From an uncultured bacterium (GTDB taxonomy: Bacteria > Bacillota > Clostridia > Oscillospirales > CAG-272), in assembly GCA_949282345.1 (NCBI GenBank), contig CASDOQ010000025.1, positions 20,127-84,126 of the forward strand: a DNA stretch of 64,000 bases, written 5' to 3'. How positions within the stretch are numbered: position 1 is the first letter of the stretch; each line of letters begins with the position of its first letter. A program made the translations under genes and the position numbers. This document shows, one piece after another, positions 11,101 through 20,169 of this stretch. Below the pieces are notes generated by a model, which searched no databases, was not told the DNA's origin, and saw only the letters and a list, made by a program, of their open reading frames with translations.

Positions 11101-11850
11101 AGAAACAGCCTTTTCGTTGCTGATGCGGAGCGCCTCGATTTGCTGCTGAGCGGCGTTCTTCCCAGACTCGATTTCCACACGGTCGCGCATAGCCTTCACG
11201 GCGTGATCGTGATTTTTCTTGTTGATCTTGATCGTATTTTCAGCCTGGATCTTCTGCAGCTGGTTCGCGTGTGCTTTATCCTGCAGACTGTTCTTGAGCT
11301 GATCGTTGCTGCGCTCGGTGACCTTTGCCTCTTCCGCAATCAGAGAACGGGTAAGTTTCACCTGTTCTTTCAGGAGTTTCTTGGAGTTGCGGACCGCATC
11401 GTCGCTCCGCATCTCGTGCATGGCAATATCGGCTTCCGCTTGCTGACGTTGGATCTTGCGATCGGTACGGATCTGCTTATCCAGCATCTGGGATTCAACC
11501 CGCTTGGCATATGCGTTGCTGTCTTTTTCCGCACGGACGAGTTTTTGCGGGCGGGAGGTATCGTCGCTTGCGGGAACTCCTTCGGCGGGCACTTCCCTCG
11601 ACTGTTCTTCCTGCGCCGCCTCAGCCGTGACGTTTTCTTGCGCCGCCTCAGCCGCGGCGTTTTCCTGTGCGGCATCCAGCGCGGCGATCTCTTCCGCCGT
11701 CAACAGGTTGGCAGCTGCCTCCTCCGCCTGAGACGCGGCCTCGAGTTCCAACGCCTGCTCGTCCTTCAGGCGGTAGCCGCACTTAGAGCAGAACTTGATG
11801 CCGGCACGCATCTTTGCCCCGCACTGAGCGCAAACAACCACTTTCTTCAT
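8140..11850 (-). CDS. zinc-ribbon / coiled-coil-repeat / polytopic membrane protein, family not recognised
   Basis: 1236-aa ORF with its own promoter and terminator. N-terminal CAQCG-x10-CSKCG zinc ribbon, then about 650 aa rich in K/E/R/A (coiled-coil-like). First hydrophobic helix near aa 864, an ~90-aa loop, then at least 6 more helices. Confidence 0.8.
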   Translation of the reverse strand: MKKVVVCAQCGAKMRAGIKFCSKCGYRLKDEQALELEAASQAEEAAANLLTAEEIAALDAAQENAAAEAAQENVTAEAAQEEQSREVPAEGVPASDDTSRPQKLVRAEKDSNAYAKRVESQMLDKQIRTDRKIQRQQAEADIAMHEMRSDDAVRNSKKLLKEQVKLTRSLIAEEAKVTERSNDQLKNSLQDKAHANQLQKIQAENTIKINKKNHDHAVKAMRDRVEIESGKNAAQQQIEALRISNEKAVSRKNSNEEVKLTKSLLSEEAKAAVRQNDELRKSVDEKNFENYLYSQKLSNEKKIAKKQRIQAKKQLRANADLRSRKVDDEHTLDMARIENERNTARKLAKQQLKLTKSLLSEEAKEAARQNDKLKATVDDKAYENYLYGLRRTNDEKIRKQKRAQDKKLTNERSGIDAEKAEAQNRLDYLRIREERTNARKIANEKIKYTKALLAEENKAASAAENAELKSSVQDKSFENRLNLKRTRSAEKLRKIRQADREKVDARIATANEKESKRLGAAEIKSAKLNLTEEATATRRQAETVEHETQEKLYNEKRTVRRAENERRILKQRSDDLDRNEALKKNIRLKENRELGKVERKSLRLEKTDGALEANRRANELRLRISERTLEEKLYAKKLASDKKLIKKKAQDAEKIQNAGLEDLRMMHEAQHLEDSKLARMKNDDTRKAIRAQKNEIEIYLKKKQADDKIAAREHKLELAKTDIVTKHDKKVMAAKEKELKLNRKLYEKYEKESVKRAKKISRISGVPVSLVPALTAGSSTAVIQTDNGAVESDAWALANVEKLLNNSYESNCEQYRAFAQRKKSDKNRVRYAEIGIRDDRKYFNTIYERGEVMIPKRNIRLSRLQGILAVLLMVVALVGSLLPVFTGSYATGASTHKSVGAIPRYAYKICNGNVKTEATVSFETLLTDKNTFKPDTIFSYLTALPQNLVSGAGNGLQELSQYYNAAVQSPGDTTYNNGKWVVFTLLAVAVILNPILILFNLLIGLIRLIAHCRGTGAGVTRVMKNLRASYLLLGFVLLPLLVVDGYKMAIGFYLYAGSFVLAVLLNFVIGLFKKSEVGDRKYLRSVRWMGLVRAAILCAAVFFAGMSGIFNLHTNFTGVRGYASTLMVGFGCAMVGLCFNAIVSLGFECIPYTKGRSTSHCAVAIWGIIAAAVPFIAAYAFQLTGLQLIGVIGMAGAFAALLLARIVAAIWQHSVRRRYSLIDPIVNALGEGIPLK
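10233..11403 (-). repeat. four in-frame tandem 282-bp (94-aa) repeat units inside the 1236-aa gene
   Basis: Anchors VKLTRSL/VKLTKSL/LKLTKSL/IKYTKAL at aa 164/258/352/446. The 31-nt string tggcctcctcggaaaggagcgacttggtgag occurs identically at 10761 and 11043, exactly 282 nt apart. Confidence 0.85.
11611..11673 (-). repeat. 27-bp tandem repeat (about 2.3 copies) encoding AAQENxxAE units
   Basis: ctgcgccgcctcagccgtgacgttttc is followed by ttgcgccgcctcagccgcggcgttttc and then a partial copy. It is in frame in the Ala/Glu-rich N-terminal region. Confidence 0.8.
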
Positions 11851-11930
11851 AAGATTCTCCTATCTATATAATTTAATAATATTGAAATCTAAAAGCAGAT
11901 TCTACAATGAACAAAGGGTATTACATCAAA

Positions 11931-11959
11931 ATAATATCATAAGTCCCATGCATTGTCAA
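11931..11959 (-). promoter_or_regulatory. sigma-A promoter candidate for the 1236-aa gene
   Basis: Minus strand TTGACA, 17-nt spacer, TATTAT, about 80 nt upstream of the ATG. Confidence 0.5.
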
Positions 11960-12428
11960 TAACTTTTCTTGGAATTTTCAACTTTTTCTTTGTCCTTTTA
12001 CAAATAGATATGCGGGGCAAGCTGCCTCTTTTCTTTCAAATTTTCTCTTATTTTTCCTTATGTTTCCTTTTTTGATTTTTTTTGGGCCGCATTTCTTGAA
12101 AAACCAAAAAGGAGGCGACCTGTTGCTCTAAAATCATGTGGTAAGATCAACAAAAAGTAACGTATTCTTTACAAAGTGATCTTCGCTCAATAAATAATGG
12201 CTTTTCCTGCGAAAGAAGAGAAAACCGTCTTGCCCCGAGGGGATCTTCTTGAACATCCGGCAAAGCGAAATAAATCTCCGCTTCAGGCACAAAAAACGAA
12301 TCCGAGAAATAATACCGACTTTTCAGATCCCGAATTCTGCGAAACATAGACGCTCTTCCGCGGCTCTGATGTGCCACCGGCACGTCATTCACTACCGCTC
12401 CCCTTCAAGTCCCGTCTCTTTTTCTATG

Positions 12429-12458
12429 AAAAAACAGCAACCCTTTCGGATTGCTGTT
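12429..12458 (-). terminator. intrinsic terminator directly after tRNA-Leu
   Basis: Minus strand CAGCAA-(10-nt loop)-UUGCUG hairpin followed by U6, starting 2 nt after the tRNA CCA end. Confidence 0.6.
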
Positions 12459-12542
12459 TGGTGCGAGAGACGGGACTTGAACCCGTATGGAAAATCCACA
12501 CGCCCCTCAAACGTGCGCGTCTGCCAGTTCCGCCACTCTCGC
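12459..12542 (-). tRNA. tRNA-Leu (anticodon GAG), class II with long variable arm, CCA encoded
   Basis: Hand-folded cloverleaf. Acceptor GCGAGAG/CUCUCGC; anticodon stem CACGU/GCGUG with loop UUGAGGG; variable arm UGGA-UUU-UCCA; T-arm ACGGG-UUCAAGU-CCCGU; discriminator A plus CCA. 84 nt in total. Confidence 0.88.
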
Positions 12543-12621
12543 GAGGACGTTTGTAATTATAGCCGTTTCCCCGCGATTTGTCAAGCCTTTTTTCAAAAAA
12601 AGATTCATTTTTATTTTTATA

Positions 12622-14091
12622 TCAATCGGTCATCAGCCCCGCGAGAACCTCCTTTTCCGAGAAGTGTACGTGCTTTCCCTTACGAAGCTGATAGGTCTCG
12701 TTCCCTTTTCCTGCAAGGAGTACGACGTCCCCGTCGGTGACCCGTGCCGCAATATAACGGATGGCTTCCGCCCGGTCAGGGATCATGCATACGCGTGACT
12801 TGTCCGGGAAGGCTCTGTAAATACAGCGACAGATTTCAAGGAGATTTTCATCGTCGGGATTGTCTTCCGTAATGACGGAAAAATCCGCATATTTGCAGGC
12901 GGCACGGGCCATATCCGCACGTCTGCATTCTGCGTGTCCCCCAACTGCTCCGAACAAACACCAGAGTTTTCCGGCCACATACGGGCGAAGGCCGAGAAGA
13001 GCGGCGCGCAATCCCGCGCCGTTATGTGCATAATCCAGCACGTAGAGTCCGGGAAGCGACAGCGGAACGACCTCGCACCGACCGGGGATCTTCATTTTTT
13101 CCGCGTGATAAAGATATTCCCCGATCGGTTTTCTTCGCATTTCGCAGACAACCGCCAAGGCGGCCGTAAAATTTTCCACATAATGTTTCCCTGCCAACGG
13201 AAGGCAGGCCTGCTCGCTTTCCGCATGGTGATGAACCCAAAAAGAAGTCATCAGTTCCCGGTCTTTTCGGAACGCCACGGCTTTCCCGGCCGTATAGTCC
13301 GCTCCCTTCCCGTATCGAAAACCGATCAATCGTCCGACGCGCCCCTCCGCCGCAATCCTTCCATACACGGGGCAGGCTGTATTTACCACCGCCAATTCAC
13401 ATCCGTAATCCCGAAAAAGCGAGAGTTTTGCCTCCCGGTATTCGCGGAAACTGCGATGCTCCCCCCGGCCGATATGGTCGCGGTAGAGATTGGTAAAGAC
13501 GCAAACCGGAAAGCAAATCCCGTACACACGGAAGGAGGAAAGCGCTTGCGAAGAAACCTCTATGACCGCCGTTCGGATCCCCATATATAATAATAATGAA
13601 AAATAACGGTTTAACGTCAGACTGTCCGGCGTAGTGTTCTGCAATGGTTCGTTCCGTTCTCCGGCAATGAAACCGTCCGAGCCGATATAGGCACAGGGAA
13701 CGCCGTCCTCTTCGAGAAGTTTTCGTATCATGTGTGCCGTGGTCGTTTTCCCTTTCGTGCCGGTTATCGCGATAAGAAAGAGTTTTTTTGCCGGATATCC
13801 AAAAAAGCGTGCGGAAAGGAGTGCGAGTGTTTTCCGAATGTTCTCGGCGATATATACGCCCGCATCGGAAGGAAGATCGACAGGGCGTGCGGTAATAAAG
13901 AGACGGCATCCGTTTTCATACGCTTCTGGTGCGTAGTAATGTCCGTCTCTCTTTTCCCCGGAAATGCAGAAGAAAACGCTCCCCGCGCCTGCCTCGGACG
14001 AATGGACAGCAAGCCCGGTCACGGCATCTTCCGCCCGATCAGCAGCGATGCGTTTTAATCCTTCCTCAGACGAAAGTTCCGCAAAAGTCAT
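12622..14091 (-). CDS. second, divergent MurE-type Mur ligase (UDP-MurNAc-L-Ala-D-Glu:amino acid ligase), specificity uncertain
   Basis: 489 aa with ITGTKGKTTT P-loop, EVSSQAL, TNLYRDH, DYAHN and GKGNETYQ. It reads DNPD where DAP-type MurE has DNPR. Strong AAAGGAG Shine-Dalgarno; overlaps the racemase gene by 26 nt. Confidence 0.8.
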   Translation of the reverse strand: MTFAELSSEEGLKRIAADRAEDAVTGLAVHSSEAGAGSVFFCISGEKRDGHYYAPEAYENGCRLFITARPVDLPSDAGVYIAENIRKTLALLSARFFGYPAKKLFLIAITGTKGKTTTAHMIRKLLEEDGVPCAYIGSDGFIAGERNEPLQNTTPDSLTLNRYFSLLLYMGIRTAVIEVSSQALSSFRVYGICFPVCVFTNLYRDHIGRGEHRSFREYREAKLSLFRDYGCELAVVNTACPVYGRIAAEGRVGRLIGFRYGKGADYTAGKAVAFRKDRELMTSFWVHHHAESEQACLPLAGKHYVENFTAALAVVCEMRRKPIGEYLYHAEKMKIPGRCEVVPLSLPGLYVLDYAHNGAGLRAALLGLRPYVAGKLWCLFGAVGGHAECRRADMARAACKYADFSVITEDNPDDENLLEICRCIYRAFPDKSRVCMIPDRAEAIRYIAARVTDGDVVLLAGKGNETYQLRKGKHVHFSEKEVLAGLMTD

Positions 14092-14794
14092 GGCTTCTCC
14101 TTTCCAATTTCGGATGGCAAACGGCGCCGCAAGCTACCACTGCCGCTCTTGCCGTCGTTTCAAGCGCATCAGTCAGGGCAGGATAGACGCCCCCACCCAT
14201 CACTGCCGAGATTTCCGTACAGCCGAGGATCACATGATCCGCTCCGGCATCCATCAACTCCCTCGCGGCAAGGAGAAAGGCCTCGGGCGTGATATCCTCC
14301 CCCGCTTTTTTTCGGTAAATCTTCTCATTGACCACCTCCTGAACCCGTGACGGCACCGGGACGTACTCCACCCCGGCCCGAAGGCAGGCCGCGCGGTATA
14401 TGCCGGCGGATGCGCATCCCGTCGTTGAAAGAACGCCTATCCGCCCGGCGCCGTGGGAAACGGCATCGAAAACGGCAAGTTCCGGCATATTCAATAATCT
14501 CCCGCCCGAGGCCTCCCGCAGTTCCGAAAAAAAGGCGTAGGCGGTATTACAGGCCATGACCAGCACCTCGGCTCCGCTGTCACAAAGAAAGGCTGTCCCC
14601 CGCAAAAGCGCAGGAAGCGGAGACTCGCCCCTTCCCGTGAGCCATGCCGTCCTGTCGGGGATCCCGGATGCGCTGTAAAGAACCGCCTCCGGATTTCCGT
14701 CATCGCGTTGCGCCGCCGTCAACTGCGAAAAACGAAGAAAAAAATACGCACCGGCAAGCGGCCCCATACCGCCGAGAATACCGAGTTTTTTCAT
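14066..14794 (-). CDS. aspartate racemase (Asp/Glu racemase family)
   Basis: 242 aa. LGILGGMGPLAG N-terminus and two catalytic Cys contexts, MACNTA and LGCTE. Confidence 0.8.
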   Translation of the reverse strand: MKKLGILGGMGPLAGAYFFLRFSQLTAAQRDDGNPEAVLYSASGIPDRTAWLTGRGESPLPALLRGTAFLCDSGAEVLVMACNTAYAFFSELREASGGRLLNMPELAVFDAVSHGAGRIGVLSTTGCASAGIYRAACLRAGVEYVPVPSRVQEVVNEKIYRKKAGEDITPEAFLLAARELMDAGADHVILGCTEISAVMGGGVYPALTDALETTARAAVVACGAVCHPKLERRSHDFCGTFV

Positions 14795-14803
14795 TCCTGC
14801 TCC

Positions 14804-15988
14804 TCAACAGTAGCGTTTTATCTGTCGCCTCTCATGCTCCCTAACAAAGATCCGTCGCAGGGGATTTCGCAAAAGATCCGCGTCTGCGTGAAAAGGAGAA
14901 AACGCTTTTCCTGTTTCAATATACTTACGACAACGCGCACGCAACGCGCTGTCTTTCACCTGGGAGTATACGACGGACGGCGGAACGCTATACCAGAGAT
15001 TCTCTTCCGTTTCTTCCACGTACGGCAGGGTGAGCCGATACACGTATTCGCGCAAAATCAACATGGCGGGATTGATCCCGGCGGCACACATATAGTGATT
15101 GCTTCGCCCTTGACGCAGATTCATTTCGAGAACATGATCCTCGTCTCCCCGGCGCAGAATGTCGAAGTTGGCAAAGCCGCAATACCCGATCTCCCGCAGG
15201 AAGGAAATAAGATGCGCGCCGACCGGCGGCATCGACTCGCCGGTCAGGATAACGGCGTGATTTCCCAGCCCGCGCGGCGTATGCTCCTCCATCAACACAT
15301 GGCCGAAAACGGCGGCCTGCGCTTCCCCGGAACGATTGCAGTAGACTGTCAGCACATAGTTATCGCTGTCTTCCCGGGAGAGCATTTCCTGCACGAGAAG
15401 CGTGCCGCGGTAGCCAGCATTTCGAATCGTTTTGCAGATGCTTTTGGTTTCTTCGCTATTATTTGCAAAATAAACTTTACGCATATCGGGGAATGGAAAA
15501 CGCCAATATTCCTCGCTGGAGGAAGGTTTTACTACTACGGGATAACCGAACGGCAACCTGTCGGGGAGTCTTTCTCCTTCATGGAGGAAGACCGTAGCGG
15601 GCACAGCGATCCCATGTTCGGAGCAGGCACGGGAAAAAATCTCCTTATCTGCGTACTTCATCAGTTCCCGGTCGGGTACCGGGACGATGAAGTGCCCCGA
15701 AAGCGAATCGCGACGGCGGATAAGATACGCGGCGTATTCATCGGTGCATCCGACGAGGATCCCGTTCCCCGCCGGAACACGGCGCGCAAGTTCCGCCATC
15801 AGGCGGTCACGTCCTTCGTCGGTCGCCATACGGCTGTCCGCCCTGTATTTTACAAAGCGCGAAAAGGAGGTGGCCCCAAGGCGGTATTTTCCGAAAGCGA
15901 GTGAACCGACACCGGCAGCCTCCCAGAACGCGCGTGCCATTCCGTAACAGTTCAGATCTGCCCCCAGCAATATCGGCTGAATCATCAT
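14804..15988 (-). CDS. ATP-grasp carboxylate-amine ligase, D-aspartate ligase (Asl)-like
   Basis: 394 aa from the ATG at 15988 (GGAGGA Shine-Dalgarno). The N-terminal PILLGADLNCYGMARAFWE and the ...EMNLRQGRS... segment resemble the enterococcal/lactococcal D-Asp ligase type. The 80-aa ORF-track extension would overlap trmL, so I rejected it. Confidence 0.65.
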   Translation of the reverse strand: MMIQPILLGADLNCYGMARAFWEAAGVGSLAFGKYRLGATSFSRFVKYRADSRMATDEGRDRLMAELARRVPAGNGILVGCTDEYAAYLIRRRDSLSGHFIVPVPDRELMKYADKEIFSRACSEHGIAVPATVFLHEGERLPDRLPFGYPVVVKPSSSEEYWRFPFPDMRKVYFANNSEETKSICKTIRNAGYRGTLLVQEMLSREDSDNYVLTVYCNRSGEAQAAVFGHVLMEEHTPRGLGNHAVILTGESMPPVGAHLISFLREIGYCGFANFDILRRGDEDHVLEMNLRQGRSNHYMCAAGINPAMLILREYVYRLTLPYVEETEENLWYSVPPSVVYSQVKDSALRARCRKYIETGKAFSPFHADADLLRNPLRRIFVREHERRQIKRYC

Positions 15989-16044
15989 AAACGTCCTCCG
16001 AAAAAAGAAAAGGGCCGCAGGAATCCCTGCGGTTCCCTTATGTA

Positions 16045-16542
16045 TCACCACGAAAAACTCCGCGGCTCTCCCACGGTCAGCAGATCGGCAAACGACCGTT
16101 GGCGCAACACCTCGTAAACCGCCACCGCCACGGAATTGGAAAGGTTCAGACTGCGCAGTCCCGTCAGCATCGGGATCCGAACGGCGGTATCGGGATTTTT
16201 TTGCAACAGTTCTTCCGGCAGGCCGCATGTCTCGCGTCCGAACATCAGGAAGACGCGGCGGGGATATTGCGGCTCTGTATATTGCCGGGGGGCTTTCGTC
16301 GTGAAATAATAGATGGCTTCCCCGCCATTTTTTCGGAAGAACTCCTCCTCGTTTTCGTATAACGTAATGTCGAGATACTGCCAGTAATCAAGGCCGGCGC
16401 GTTTTAAGTGCCGGTCGTCTATCTCAAAGCCAAGCGGCTTTATCAGATGGAGCGCGGCCCCGGTGGCGGCGCAGGTCCTTGCAATATTCCCGGTATTCTG
16501 CGGGATCTCGGGACAGTGCAAAACAATATTGATCTCCTTCAT
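16045..16542 (-). CDS. trmL: tRNA (cytidine/uridine-34 2'-O)-methyltransferase TrmL (SpoU/TrmH family)
   Basis: 165 aa with PEIPQNTGNIARTCAATG and LNLSNSVA SPOUT motifs; size matches TrmL. Confidence 0.85.
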   Translation of the reverse strand: MKEINIVLHCPEIPQNTGNIARTCAATGAALHLIKPLGFEIDDRHLKRAGLDYWQYLDITLYENEEEFFRKNGGEAIYYFTTKAPRQYTEPQYPRRVFLMFGRETCGLPEELLQKNPDTAVRIPMLTGLRSLNLSNSVAVAVYEVLRQRSFADLLTVGEPRSFSW

Positions 16543-16723
16543 GTGCTCTTCTCCGCTATTTTGTGCATTTTTTTATATTCTATAACAAAAAAATTAAATG
16601 TCAATAAAAATTTATAATTTAGGGATAGTAATTCCGCAGGAACTATGATATACTTATTGTGATTTATTTTACCATACTGGGACCCGACTACAAAAAGGAG
16701 CGTGCCGTCGGCACGATGAGAGA

Positions 16724-19452
<2,729 letters not shown>

Positions 19453-19456
<4 letters not shown>

Positions 19457-20169
19457 CCACCATGGGATTCGGAACGCTTTTTCTCGGGTATCTCTTCTGC
19501 GCCGTTGCCTTTTCCTTCCCGGGATATATCAAAATTTTTTCCTATCTGATCCTCCTTCTCGCCCTGCTCCGGCTCCGCAGATATAACCGGAATCTTGCCT
19601 CGGCCTATTTTGCTGCGATCCCACTCTGCCTGGCGGGGCTCGGATATCTGGTCGTGGAAGTCTGCTCGGCACTCTTTCTCATGAGTGCCGAACAAACAAA
19701 ACTCTTCGTTCAGATCGCTTCGGTCCTTTGCAACGCGCTCGAACTCGTTTGCTTTTTTCCGCTTCTTTCGGGCTTACAGGCCCTGGCGAAGGAGACCGAC
19801 GTCTATGTGCTCGAGGTGCGTTCTTTCCGTAACCGGATATTCACCACGCTTTACTATCTTCTTTTCATTGCCGGGCAGTTCAATTACCCGCCGGAATACC
19901 GGGTCTTTCTCATCCGCTACAACATCGTCGTTCTCATCTTCGGTCTTGCGGTGGCCTTCCTGAATCTCAAGCTCTTCTATAACTTCTATATGTGGATCTG
20001 CCTGCCGGAAGACGAGGGCATGGAACGAAAGAAGTCGCGTTTTGGTTGGTTGAACAGCCTCTATGCAAAACTGGATGACTGGCAGGAATCTTCCCTCAGA
20101 CGCCGCGCCGAACGCGATGCGGCATACCGGGAAGAAAAAGCAAAAAAGAAAAAGAGAAAAAAGAAATGA
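19453..20169 (+). CDS. polytopic membrane protein (about 6 hydrophobic helices), unknown function, lysine-rich C-terminal tail
   Basis: 238 aa. The GTG start overlaps the secA stop (GTGA); an alternative ATG lies at 19462. Ends in ...KAKKKKRKKK. Its stop overlaps the next start (ATGA). Confidence 0.65.

Noticed and set aside
8290-11871. 1193-aa ORF on the plus strand, antisense to the 1236-aa gene
   Set aside because: It mirrors a GAA/AAG/GCN-rich repeat gene, where antisense CTT/TTC/NGC codons rarely give stops. The product is low-complexity (L/F/R/G-rich) with no start context. The minus-strand ORF has the promoter, Shine-Dalgarno, terminator, zinc ribbon and TM domain.
12147-12392. 81-aa minus-strand ORF in the spacer next to tRNA-Leu
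   Set aside because: It has no Shine-Dalgarno, odd composition and no recognisable domain. I treat it as non-coding and have flagged the spacer itself as a low-interest finding.
15989-16228. N-terminal extensions offered by the ORF track (ATP-grasp here; also recD2 to 30600, the oxidoreductase to 49599, PBP1A to 53831, mraY from 42393, murF from 41021, mraZ from 35240, the PBP from 37174)
   Set aside because: The extensions are Arg/Pro-rich, overlap the upstream gene or its terminator, and lack a Shine-Dalgarno. In each case an internal ATG with a good Shine-Dalgarno gives the family-typical N-terminus.
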